DNA of 64,000 bases from contig OZ219926.1 in NCBI GenBank assembly GCA_964291405.2, positions 512,001-576,000 of the forward strand. The letters are read 5' to 3'. The notes beneath the pieces were generated by a model, which made no database searches, was not told the DNA's origin, and saw only the letters and a list, made by a program, of their open reading frames with translations. Positions 31,388-40,418 of the stretch are shown in pieces. This stretch comes from Thermodesulfobacteriota bacterium. GTDB lineage: Bacteria > Desulfobacterota > Binatia > Bin18. The position numbers and the translations under genes are program-made. Positions within the stretch are counted from its first letter, which is position 1; each line of letters starts with the position of its first letter.

Positions 31388-31533
31388 ACGGTTACCCCCC
31401 TGTTGTACTGCCCCAGTTCTACCCGAAACAGGCTACGCCGACCAGGGGCCGGTCCAATCCCTTGCATTTTCCACAAAACAGCAGTACCACCATAAAAATA
31501 CTAGACACCGCATCACAGTAAGGAGAACGAGTC

Positions 31534-32652
31534 ATGCGAGTCATTGATGGAGATGCCCATTTTCTCGAACCGTTGGATCTTTTTCGGCGCTATATTGACC
31601 CTACCTACCGCGAGCAGGCGATGCAGATTGAAACCGACCGGGTGAGCGGGGAAAAAAAGTTTCTGGTCAACGAGAAACCCATGCAGATCTTCGATGTCGA
31701 ACAATTTCTGAGCGCGGTTGCCGGCTACGGCCAAAAGGAACAAGGCCGGGACCTGAACACCTTCGACCGGTACCATTATTACAGTACTGAGTGGTCAGAC
31801 ATGGGCCAGCGGGTGCAATTCCTCAATGACGAACAGATGGCCTGCCAGGTCATCTACCCGACGCTCGGCCTGTTCTGGGAGGGCGAGGTGGACGACCCCT
31901 ATCTGGCCGACGCCCACTGCCGCGCGTATAACACCTGGACATTTGAGGTGTGCCACTCACACAAGGACCGTCTCTACCCTGCAGCGCATATCTCACTCCG
32001 TGACCCGCAGTTGGCCGTGCGAGAAATGGAACGCGTCGCCAAGCTTGGCTGCCGGACGATCTTTGTGGCGGCCGCACCCATTGACGGCAAAAGTTTTGGC
32101 TTACCGGAGTACGATCCGGTCTGGGCCGCGGCCCAGGACCTCGACCTGAGTATCGGTCTCCACCTCGTCGGTCATAAAAACTACACCGGCAGCGAGTGGT
32201 TCCGGGATCGCGACCCCGGCTTTATGTATCTGACCATGAGTATCATCCAAGACCCGCGTCATGCCGTGACGGCCATGATGTATGATGGCGTGTTTGAACG
32301 CTTTCCCAAGCTGCGGGTCGCGACCATCGAGGCTATGGTCGGCTGGATAGGCGAGTGGCTGGAGCGGGTAGACTATCGCTACCAGTACATGGGCCACACC
32401 TCACAGATGAAACGTCCGGCGAGCGAGTATTTTGCCCGCAATATCTGGGTCAACGGCGACCCGGAGGAAAAAATGTTTCCCCTGATGGTTCAGTTTGCCG
32501 GCGACGACCGCTTCTTCATTGGCTCCGACTATCCGCACGCCGAAGGATTCGTCGATCCGGTCCAGAAGGCGCGGGATGTCCTCTCCTCCTTACCGGCGGA
32601 GTCCGTGGATAAGATTCTGGGCACCAACGCGGCGACGTTCTACGGTATTTAA
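31534..32652 (+). CDS. amidohydrolase family protein (Amidohydro_2-like)
   Basis: IDGDAH metal motif; YPTLGL; GVFERFPKLR; GSDYPHAEG; RBS AAGGAG. Confidence 0.88.
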   Translation: MRVIDGDAHFLEPLDLFRRYIDPTYREQAMQIETDRVSGEKKFLVNEKPMQIFDVEQFLSAVAGYGQKEQGRDLNTFDRYHYYSTEWSDMGQRVQFLNDEQMACQVIYPTLGLFWEGEVDDPYLADAHCRAYNTWTFEVCHSHKDRLYPAAHISLRDPQLAVREMERVAKLGCRTIFVAAAPIDGKSFGLPEYDPVWAAAQDLDLSIGLHLVGHKNYTGSEWFRDRDPGFMYLTMSIIQDPRHAVTAMMYDGVFERFPKLRVATIEAMVGWIGEWLERVDYRYQYMGHTSQMKRPASEYFARNIWVNGDPEEKMFPLMVQFAGDDRFFIGSDYPHAEGFVDPVQKARDVLSSLPAESVDKILGTNAATFYGI

Positions 32653-32703
32653 TAGTCCTGACACGTTGAGCCAGCATGGGACGTTGTCTCCATGCTGGCT
32701 CCC

Positions 32704-33462
32704 TCAGCCTTGCAGCAGACAGAGAATCTCGTCGTGCAACTGCCCGTTCGAGATCACCGCATCCCCGGTGTAAATAGACGGTGTTCCGGCAAAGTCGGAG
32801 AACCGTCCGCCCGCTTCGGTGATCAGAATCCTGGTTGCCGCCACGTCCCAGGGCTTGATCTCCGGCTCCAGGGCGACCTCGGCCAGCCCCTTCGCCACCA
32901 GACTGTGTCCTAACGCATCCCCAAAGCCTCGCTGTCGAGCGGTCGCATCGACCAAGCGCAAAAAAGGTTGCCAGCACGGCCGGGCTTTCAGGTCATTCAG
33001 GCCGCCATGAATCAGCATGGCATCGTGCAGTTGGGCCACCTCCGAGACAGACACCTGTTTGCCATTGGCAAAGGTTCCCTGCCCTTTCTGGGCATACAGC
33101 AGGTCGTCAAGGGCTGGTGCGTACATCACACCGGCAGTGATTTCCCCGTCTTCTTCAAGAGCGATGAGCGTGGCAAAAAAAGGAATCCCGCGAATAAAAT
33201 TCTTGGTGCCGTCAATAGGGTCGATAATCCACCGGGCGGACGTGTTGCCCGGCTGCTCGCCGAGTTCTTCGCCCAGAAAGCCATGGTCCGGGAAGTGCGT
33301 GTGCAGCACGTCGATAATGCGTGCCTCACACTCCCGGTCGGCTCTGGTGACGGGGGTACGATCAGCTTTCAGCTCAACCGTCAGATTGGTTTTGAAATAG
33401 CGCAGGGCAATATCGCCAGCGGCATGCGCGGCGGTTACCGCAGCGTGAAGAACAGGGTCCAC
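32704..33462 (-). CDS. inositol monophosphatase family protein (HisN-like histidinol-phosphatase)
   Basis: KADRTPVTRAD, GEE, WIIDPIDGTKNF, KPWDVAA; GTG start 1 bp after the SDR stop. Confidence 0.85.
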   Translation of the reverse strand: MDPVLHAAVTAAHAAGDIALRYFKTNLTVELKADRTPVTRADRECEARIIDVLHTHFPDHGFLGEELGEQPGNTSARWIIDPIDGTKNFIRGIPFFATLIALEEDGEITAGVMYAPALDDLLYAQKGQGTFANGKQVSVSEVAQLHDAMLIHGGLNDLKARPCWQPFLRLVDATARQRGFGDALGHSLVAKGLAEVALEPEIKPWDVAATRILITEAGGRFSDFAGTPSIYTGDAVISNGQLHDEILCLLQG

Positions 33463-33463
33463 G

Positions 33464-34255
33464 CTAGAGCAGCCCCCGAACCGCGCCACCATCAATCTGA
33501 AGGCTCGTACCCGTAATATAACTGGCCGCCTCCGAGGCCAGAAAGACAATGCCGTTGGCCATTTCTAGCGGCTCTCCAATCCGGCCGAGCGGCACGTCTT
33601 TCCCACCTTCCTCTAGAGCCTGTTCCAGGGAGATACCGGCCTTTTCGGCCCGGATGGCCAGCGCCCCGGTGAGGCGGTCGGTGAGAATGCGGCCGGGTAA
33701 GACCGTGTTGACCGTGATATTATACTTGCCAACCTCGCGCGACAGCGTCTTTGCCATGCCGACCACGGCTGGACGCACTCCGTTCGACAGGATGAGACCG
33801 TCAAGCGGTTCTTTGACCGACATGGACATGACGCTGACGATACGGCCCCAGCGCTGCTTTTGCATATAGGGCAACGCTTTGCGAATCAGCCGGACGGTGC
33901 TGAGAAAATTAAGCGCAAAAGCCTGCTCCCAGGCGGTGTCGTCCATGTCTCCAAAGCCGCCCAATGGCGGGCCGCCAGTATTCGGTACGAGGACATGAAC
34001 GGTGCCAAATTTGGCAACGGTCTCATCGACCAGCCTTTCGGCTGCTTCGGCTTGCGCAAGATCTCCGGCTACGGCTAATACCTCGGCTCCTGTCTCACTC
34101 TGCATCTCGCGCGCAGCCTTGTCCAAGAGCTCCGGGTTACGGGCGCAGATGACGACTTTTGCGCCCTCTTTGGCAAACGCTAATGCGGTCGCCTGACCAA
34201 TACCCTTACTGGCGCCACCGACAATGACAACTTTATCCTTGAGACCGAGATCCAT
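33464..34255 (-). CDS. short-chain dehydrogenase/reductase
   Basis: GGASKGIG, NTGGPP, SNGVR, ITGTSLQIDGG; atypical active site lacking YxxxK. Confidence 0.88.
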   Translation of the reverse strand: MDLGLKDKVVIVGGASKGIGQATALAFAKEGAKVVICARNPELLDKAAREMQSETGAEVLAVAGDLAQAEAAERLVDETVAKFGTVHVLVPNTGGPPLGGFGDMDDTAWEQAFALNFLSTVRLIRKALPYMQKQRWGRIVSVMSMSVKEPLDGLILSNGVRPAVVGMAKTLSREVGKYNITVNTVLPGRILTDRLTGALAIRAEKAGISLEQALEEGGKDVPLGRIGEPLEMANGIVFLASEAASYITGTSLQIDGGAVRGLL

Positions 34256-34296
34256 ATATCTCTCCTCATGCGTTCTGGTCGCGTCTCTTTGGTCGC

Positions 34297-35172
34297 CTAC
34301 AGATACCCCTTTTTCTCATAAAACCCGCGGACCGCTGACTCAAAGCCCTGCGGATTATCTCCCATGACAGAATGGCCAGCCTTGGGTACGAGGGCAAACT
34401 CCGAACCAGGAATCAGTTCTTGTAGGTCCCGTGCGCCATCCAACGAAAAGACATCGCTCTCGCCGCCCTTGACCACCAAGGTCGGACATTGGATCTTTTT
34501 GACCGCCGCAGACAGCTCTGCCTGCATCTGCTTGACATCAACCTTACGGTGACCGTCGCTGAAATACGTATCGTATTTCCAGGTCCACTTGCCCCCTGGA
34601 GTCTCTTTGAGATTATACACCACCGTATATTTGCGTATGACTTCGAGCGGACGCCGTGGATTAAACCGATGAATCACCTCTGCCGCCTGATCCAGGGAGT
34701 CGAACTCACGGTAGTTTTTCATAAAATCACGAATATGCTTGATGCCTTTGGGCTCTACTCGCGGGCCAACATCCACGACGACCAGGGCTTCGACTTTGTC
34801 GGGACATTTTGCCGTGAAGGCGAGCGAGTTTGCCCCCCCCATCGACATGCCAGTCAGAAAGAAACGCTCCAGACCGAGCGCATCGGTGAAGGCATCGGCA
34901 TCCTCGACCATGGAGGCGCGTGAATAGTCCTTATCGGCAGCCCAGTCCGTATCCCCATGGCCACGCTGATCGAAAGCCATGACGTGAAAATGGTCAGACA
35001 TGGCCGCGGCAAACAGATCCCAGGTATGACAGGTCTGCCCTACCCCATGCAGCAGGACTAATGGTGGCTTTTCCGGGCTACCCCAGTCGAGGTAGTGAAA
35101 CCGCAGTCCGTTCGCCTGAACGTATTGATCCGTGAATTGTTTCGCGTCCGAGTTTGATTCCTGGGCCGTCAT
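34297..35172 (-). CDS. alpha/beta fold hydrolase
   Basis: LLHG, DQRGHGD, GMSMGG nucleophile elbow, AGH. Confidence 0.9.
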   Translation of the reverse strand: MTAQESNSDAKQFTDQYVQANGLRFHYLDWGSPEKPPLVLLHGVGQTCHTWDLFAAAMSDHFHVMAFDQRGHGDTDWAADKDYSRASMVEDADAFTDALGLERFFLTGMSMGGANSLAFTAKCPDKVEALVVVDVGPRVEPKGIKHIRDFMKNYREFDSLDQAAEVIHRFNPRRPLEVIRKYTVVYNLKETPGGKWTWKYDTYFSDGHRKVDVKQMQAELSAAVKKIQCPTLVVKGGESDVFSLDGARDLQELIPGSEFALVPKAGHSVMGDNPQGFESAVRGFYEKKGYL

Positions 35173-35250
35173 GCATCGTCCTCCTTTGGTGCGCTTCCCC
35201 TGCACTGTTGAGGGGCTACAATAAAGGAAAAGCTGCGGCCGGGAAAGGTA

Positions 35251-35898
35251 TTAGAGCAGTGACCGCACCACCTCGGGCGTGACTTCTCCGAGGTCGGACA
35301 AGACGAGGGCCGCCTGACTAAAGTCGTTGTTTTGGGTGTATGCGTTCGGCACGGCGATGCAGGCAATGCCGGCTCTGGCAGCCGCTGTGACGCCACGATA
35401 CGTGTCTTCCACGACCACGCACCGCTCTCGGGCCAAGCCGAGCTTTTTTGTCGCAGCTAAGAAGGCATCCGGCTCGGGTTTCGCCCGTTCATAATCCTGG
35501 CGCGCGACCGTGTGATCGAAAAACCGATCGAGGTCAAATTTCCTCAGGACGAAGTCTAAATGTTCGCGCTGGCTATTGGTTGCAACAGTCAGTCCAAAGT
35601 GCTGAGACAACTGGGTGAGGGTCTCCTCCACATAGGGCATCAGCGAGACTTCCGTTTTCAACAACTGAAGAAAAATGGGCGAGCGAAGCTGGCGCAAGGT
35701 GGCCGGCGCGACTGGCAATTTGTGCTTTTCTACAATGTATTCGGGTCCGATTCCCCGGGCGATCCAGTACTCTTCATATTCGCGTTGGGTCACGCTGACG
35801 CCATACGGCTTGAGCACTTCACTATACGCGCGGTAGTACAGCCCCTCAGAGTCAATCAGAACCCCGTCCAAATCGAAGATGACGCCAGCGTCTCCCAT
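35251..35898 (-). CDS. HAD family phosphatase (beta-PGM/CbbY-like)
   Basis: FDLDGVLIDSE, ATNS, KPEPD, VEDT motifs; upstream alternative starts at 35964/35970 lie at or in the repeat element. Confidence 0.88.
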   Translation of the reverse strand: MGDAGVIFDLDGVLIDSEGLYYRAYSEVLKPYGVSVTQREYEEYWIARGIGPEYIVEKHKLPVAPATLRQLRSPIFLQLLKTEVSLMPYVEETLTQLSQHFGLTVATNSQREHLDFVLRKFDLDRFFDHTVARQDYERAKPEPDAFLAATKKLGLARERCVVVEDTYRGVTAAARAGIACIAVPNAYTQNNDFSQAALVLSDLGEVTPEVVRSLL

Positions 35899-35962
35899 CC
35901 CTCGCTCACTTTCTCCAACACGCAATTCATTCGTTGCCTGTTTTGTAGTATGCTCTTTGGCC

Positions 35963-36074
35963 ATAAGCATTCAGTATTGATACTGAATGGTAATTGATAT
36001 GCCGAATGGTATAAAGGAAAACAATGCTATGCAGCATAGAGCATTACCGCTCAGAAGAAATTCTGAGCGCTCCC
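35963..36074. repeat. AT-rich multi-hairpin interspersed element (single-unit copy)
   Basis: ATAAGCATTCAGTATTGATACTGAATGG...CGCTCAGAAGAAATTCTGAGCGCTCCC, near-identical to the ends of 38935-39307. Confidence 0.92.
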
Positions 36075-36301
36075 TGAAGGCGGCCCAAGACGATCCGTCC
36101 GCAGCCTGGGTCGAGATATTTCGTGAGCTTGGCTTTCCGGCCTACCCTGTTCGGGTAGACGGAGACATGGTCTGTATTATGGCCCCGGCGGCGGATTGTC
36201 CGCGTTTACTCGAAGAGACCATCCGTGAGCCGCTGATTCAACATGGCAAAGCCCTGGGCTACCGGTTTATTACACTCGACATCGGACACTTTGTGGAGTA
36301 A
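36029..36301 (+). CDS. small protein resembling the LarE C-terminal domain, N-terminus derived from the repeat element
   Basis: FRELGF...VRVDGD...KALGYRFITLDI resembles LarE C-termini; start MQHRALPLRRNSERS is identical to that of mnmA. Confidence 0.5.
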   Translation: MQHRALPLRRNSERSLKAAQDDPSAAWVEIFRELGFPAYPVRVDGDMVCIMAPAADCPRLLEETIREPLIQHGKALGYRFITLDIGHFVE

Positions 36302-36313
36302 CGGACAGCGTGC

Positions 36314-36688
36314 TCACTGCGTATCAAGGTCGGCTCGGGCCTGCTCCCAGTCCTGACCGTTGAAGCGCTCGATTTCCAACTCTTCCAGATTCACGCCCTC
36401 CACACAGCGCAGATTCACATCGATCATATCGGGGTGTGAACGCGGGATATAGTACGAAGAGATGCCACACGTAGAACAAAAGTAATGCTTGGCCGTCTTG
36501 GTATGAAATTCGTACAGGCTGAGGGCGTCTGAAGAAGACAGTAAGTGAAAGCGCTCAGGTTCAACTATCCAGTGCAGAAAACCCTTCTTCCGGCAGATTG
36601 AGCAATTACAGTCCAGTACCCGATCAATCTGACCGGAGACCTCAAACCGGACACGCCCGCAATGACAACCTCCTGTGTAGCTTGGCAT
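36314..36688 (-). CDS. GFA/CENP-V family protein
   Basis: GGCHCG, CNCSIC, FCSTCG zinc motifs. Confidence 0.92.
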   Translation of the reverse strand: MPSYTGGCHCGRVRFEVSGQIDRVLDCNCSICRKKGFLHWIVEPERFHLLSSSDALSLYEFHTKTAKHYFCSTCGISSYYIPRSHPDMIDVNLRCVEGVNLEELEIERFNGQDWEQARADLDTQ

Positions 36689-36822
36689 ATTCGCCTCTCA
36701 TCAGCCTCGACATTCTCGGCGGAGGTCTCATGACCTCTCCCCTGCATAGCAAGAAACAACCGACCAGAGAAGCCGTCAGGCCCTTGACCCTTTGAGTCCC
36801 CAAGCGATATGAGGGAGCAGAT

Positions 36823-36899
36823 CGGGGTGTGGCGCAGTCTGGTAGCGTACTCGCTTGGGGTGCGAGTGGTCGGCCGTTCAAATCGGCTCACCCCGACCA
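36823..36899 (+). tRNA. tRNA-Pro(GGG)
   Basis: Acceptor stem CGGGGTG/CACCCCG; anticodon arm CTCGC-TTGGGGT-GCGAG; GTTCAAATC T-loop; CCA encoded. Confidence 0.96.
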
Positions 36900-36975
36900 C
36901 ATTGGCTCCGTGAGGAGAGGCGATCACACCGGTGGTCGCCTTTTCTTTTTCTCAGCTTTCTGGTGGAATATCGCT

Positions 36976-37728
36976 ATGATGATTCTGGTGTCGAACGACG
37001 ACGGTATCCAGTCAGAAGGCCTCCGTTGCCTCGAAGAAACCCTCGCCGGTGTTGGTGAGGTCTATACCGTTGCTCCCGACAAAGAGCAAAGCGCGGTCAG
37101 TCATTCGCTGACCTTACACCGGCCCCTGCGGATCGAAGAGGTCGCCCCACACCGCTTTGCCGTCAACGGCACTCCGACCGATTGTATCAATATTGCCGTC
37201 AAGGGGTTTTTACCCGTTCGGCCCGATCTGATCGTTTCAGGCATCAACAAAGGGCCGAATATGGGAGACGATATTACGTATTCGGGTACGGTTGCCGCTG
37301 CACTGGAAGGAGCCCTTTTAGGTATTCCGGCCATTGCCGTTTCGCTGGTAACGTTTACCCCTCCCTACCATTTCCAAGCGGCCGCCGAGTTCTCGGCCAT
37401 GCTGGCAGCCGAAATCCAGACTCCTCGGTTTCCAGCGGACAGCTTGTTGAACGTCAACGTGCCGAACCTGCCGCCTGACCAGATCAGAGGCTATCGTTTT
37501 ACCCGCCAGGGCAAACGGCACTACGGTGAGAATATCGACGTCCGCACGGACCCGAGAGGCAGAAAATACTACTGGATCGGTGGTGATGACCTTGGCTTCG
37601 ATCCCATAGAAGGCTCGGACTGCGTCGCCGTCCACGACGGTTATATTTCAGTCACCCCCTTACGCGCGGACCTCACCCACCACAGCGCCCTCGAAGCCCT
37701 TCAAGACATCCGGCTACCGTGGCGCTAG
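36976..37728 (+). CDS. surE: 5'/3'-nucleotidase SurE
   Basis: ILVSNDDGI, GTPTDC, SGINKGPN.G.DITYSGTV, ISVTPL. Confidence 0.95.
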   Translation: MMILVSNDDGIQSEGLRCLEETLAGVGEVYTVAPDKEQSAVSHSLTLHRPLRIEEVAPHRFAVNGTPTDCINIAVKGFLPVRPDLIVSGINKGPNMGDDITYSGTVAAALEGALLGIPAIAVSLVTFTPPYHFQAAAEFSAMLAAEIQTPRFPADSLLNVNVPNLPPDQIRGYRFTRQGKRHYGENIDVRTDPRGRKYYWIGGDDLGFDPIEGSDCVAVHDGYISVTPLRADLTHHSALEALQDIRLPWR

Positions 37729-37750
37729 GGAACGGATCGGCCGACACTCC

Positions 37751-38938
37751 ATGCAGCAGATCTATCTTGACCATAACGCAACGACGCCCATACGGCCGGA
37801 AGTCGTAGAGGCCATGTTGCCCTACTTCACAGGGACATTCGGCAATCCGTCAAGCGTGCATTGGGCCGGTCGTCAAGCCAAACAGGCCCTGGAAACGGCG
37901 CGTGACCATGTGGCGGAGCTGATTGGAGCCAAATCCTCAGAAATACTGTTTACCAGCGGTGGGACAGAGAGTAATAATCTCGCCGTGCATGGGGTGCTCA
38001 AGCCTCGGGGAGTAACCCCCTTTCGTATCGTGACCACGCCCATCGAACACTCGTCTGTTCTGGCAACGATTAAAGCCCTCGGTACCGCCATCGCGTCTGT
38101 TGAGGTTGTGACGCTTGCGGTAGATGACCAGGGGCGCGTCAGTCCGAGCGCTCTTGAAGCCGCCCTGACCCCGGACACCGCCCTCGTGAGCATCGGGCTT
38201 GCCAACCACGAGATTGGTACCCTCCAGCCGATCCGGGAGTTGAGCCCCATGATTCGGGGGCGCGCTATTCCGTTCCATGTGGATGCGGTCCAGGCGGTGG
38301 GGAAAATCCCCGTTGATGTGAACCAACTCGGGGTCGATATCTTATCCTTGTCCGCGCATAAAATTTATGGTCCCAAAGGGATCGGGGCGCTATATGTACG
38401 GCAGGGAACAGCGTTGTCTGCGGTTTTTCGTGGCGGCCCCCAGGAGCGTGAAAAACGGCCCGGCACGGAGAATGTGGCTGCCGCCGTCGGCTTTGGATAC
38501 GCTGCTCAACTCTGCGCCCAAGATATTGAATCAACGCACCCACGTCTGATACATCTCATAACTCGCCTGTGGGACGGCATACAGCAGCATATCCCGGATG
38601 TCGTCCGGTACACGCCAACGCAGGCCTGCTTACCGAATACCCTGAATGTCGGCTTTGCGGGAGCCTCAGGCGAAGGCTTAATGATGGGCCTTGACCTCGC
38701 CGGTGTTGCCGTTTCCACTGGCTCAGCGTGTGCGGCAGGGTCGGTTGAGCCGTCTCATGTTCTCCTGGCTGTGGGCTGCGACGAGGCCGGGGCCAGGAGC
38801 GCGATTCGGTTTAGTGCAGGCAGAGACACGACGGAAGAAGACATCGAAACGGTCATACGGATACTGCCTGGTATTGTGGAACGAGTCCGAAAGGCGGGTC
38901 GTAGCGGGGAAGAGGAACGACCGCTCAATTCTCTATAA
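37751..38938 (+). CDS. iscS: cysteine desulfurase (IscS/NifS family)
   Basis: YLDHNATTP, FTSGGTESNN, SAHKIYGPKG, STGSAC. Confidence 0.9.
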   Translation: MQQIYLDHNATTPIRPEVVEAMLPYFTGTFGNPSSVHWAGRQAKQALETARDHVAELIGAKSSEILFTSGGTESNNLAVHGVLKPRGVTPFRIVTTPIEHSSVLATIKALGTAIASVEVVTLAVDDQGRVSPSALEAALTPDTALVSIGLANHEIGTLQPIRELSPMIRGRAIPFHVDAVQAVGKIPVDVNQLGVDILSLSAHKIYGPKGIGALYVRQGTALSAVFRGGPQEREKRPGTENVAAAVGFGYAAQLCAQDIESTHPRLIHLITRLWDGIQQHIPDVVRYTPTQACLPNTLNVGFAGASGEGLMMGLDLAGVAVSTGSACAAGSVEPSHVLLAVGCDEAGARSAIRFSAGRDTTEEDIETVIRILPGIVERVRKAGRSGEEERPLNSL

Positions 38939-39307
38939 GCATTCAGTATTGATACTGAATGGTAATTGATATGCCGAATGGCATGCAGGAAGACAATGCT
39001 ATGCCGCATAGAGTATTGATACTGAATGGTAATTGATATGCCTGAATGGTAATTGATATGCCGAATGGTATGAAGGAAGACAATGCTATGCCGCATAGAG
39101 TATTGATACTGAATGGTAATTGATATGCCGAATGGTATGAAGGAAGACAATGCTATGCCGCTGAATGCCGAATGGCATGCAGGAAAACAATGCTATGCCG
39201 CATAGAGTATTGATACTGAATGGTAATTGATATGCCGAATGGTATGAAGGAAGACAATGCTATGCAGCATAGAGCATTACCGCTCAGAAGAAATTCTGAG
39301 CGCTCCC
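38935..39307. repeat. tandemly amplified copy of the AT-rich element (about 4.5 units of 67 bp, with internal duplication and deletion)
   Basis: Unit AGTATTGATACTGAATGGTAATTGATATGCCGAATGGYATGMAGGAARACAATGCTATGCMGCATAG starts at 38945, 39012, 39099 and 39206, plus a partial unit near 39162; no unique spacers. Confidence 0.95.
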
Positions 39308-40404
39308 CCAACCTTCAAGAGAACCACGGCACCCGCGTCCTTGCAGCGCTGAGTGGCGGAGTGGACAGTGCAGTCGCAACGGCTCTGCTTGTCGAGGCCG
39401 GCTACGAGGTTATTGCCATTTCCATGCTGCTCGCCGGATCGGCCGAGGGCCATGCGGGTAGTTGTTGCTCTATTGATGATTTTCAGGATGCACGCCGTGT
39501 GGCCGAACAACTCGGCATTCCGTATTACGTCCTCAACCTGAAAGAAGCCTTTCAAACGCGCGTCATTGATGTTTTCACTCAGGAATACCAGCACGGTCGG
39601 ACACCGAACCCCTGCCTGCTGTGCAACCGTGATCTCAAGTTTGACCTCTTATGGCAACGCGCACGCGAACTCGACGCCACGTATGTGGCTACCGGTCATT
39701 ATGCCCGGATTGGTTGGGATGAAGTGACCCGGACGGCCCGTCTCTTACGCGGTGCAGATCCGTATAAGGATCAATCGTACTTCCTGTTTACCCTCAACCA
39801 AGCCCAACTCAAACGCACCCTCTTTCCGGTTGGTCATCTGACCAAAGAGCAGGTCCGGGCCAAGGCACATGCGCTGGACTTGCGCATAGCCGAAAAGCCG
39901 GAGAGTCAGGATATTTGTTTTGTCCCGGATGGGAATTATGCTCGCTTTCTCGAACAGCGAATAGCATCTGATCGCGTTGTGTCAGGGGAAATTGTTGATC
40001 AGACGGGGCAGGTTTTAGGTTCACATTCTGGCATCCATCGCTTTACAATCGGCCAGCGACGCGGCCTGGGGCTCGGCGGATTGACTCAGCCTCATTATGT
40101 CACCCACATTGACCCTGCATCCGGCCGCGTGACCGTTGGTACACAGGAGCAACTCAAGAGGTACGGCCTTCGGGCAAAAGACGTCAATTGGGTATCAGGC
40201 AATCAACCGGAGAAAATCCAGGTTGCGGCCAAAATTCGCTATCGTCAGGACCCTATTGCCGCAACGGTCAGCGCCACCACCGCCACCACCGCAGAGGTGT
40301 GGTTTCAGGAGGCGTCTCCAGCTATCACGCCGGGACAGGCAGTCGTATTTTATGACGGCGATCTCGTGCTGGGCGGTGGCTGGATTGAGAGTCCTCTACC
40401 GTAA
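39262..40404 (+). CDS. mnmA: tRNA 2-thiouridine(34) synthase MnmA
   Basis: SGGVDS, TPNPCLLCN, ATGHY, KDQSYFL, ESQDICF, TIGQRRG, TPGQ; the start lies inside the repeat element. Confidence 0.95.
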   Translation: MQHRALPLRRNSERSPNLQENHGTRVLAALSGGVDSAVATALLVEAGYEVIAISMLLAGSAEGHAGSCCSIDDFQDARRVAEQLGIPYYVLNLKEAFQTRVIDVFTQEYQHGRTPNPCLLCNRDLKFDLLWQRARELDATYVATGHYARIGWDEVTRTARLLRGADPYKDQSYFLFTLNQAQLKRTLFPVGHLTKEQVRAKAHALDLRIAEKPESQDICFVPDGNYARFLEQRIASDRVVSGEIVDQTGQVLGSHSGIHRFTIGQRRGLGLGGLTQPHYVTHIDPASGRVTVGTQEQLKRYGLRAKDVNWVSGNQPEKIQVAAKIRYRQDPIAATVSATTATTAEVWFQEASPAITPGQAVVFYDGDLVLGGGWIESPLP

Positions 40405-40418
40405 AGGATGCTGTATTC

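Noticed and set aside
31006-31476. 156 aa minus-strand ORF as the frameshifted N-terminus of the DsbA-like gene
   Set aside because: The true N-terminus with SDYL-U-PWC is in the same frame as 30767-31207, so no frameshift is needed
35963-36074. Hammerhead ribozyme or known riboswitch in the repeat element
   Set aside because: No CUGANGA/GAAA core or recognisable aptamer consensus on either strand
36829-36975. N-terminal extension of SurE in the ORF track
   Set aside because: It overlaps tRNA-Pro; SurE homology starts at ATG 36976
38935-39307. CRISPR array
   Set aside because: The 67 bp units abut without unique spacers and no cas genes are present
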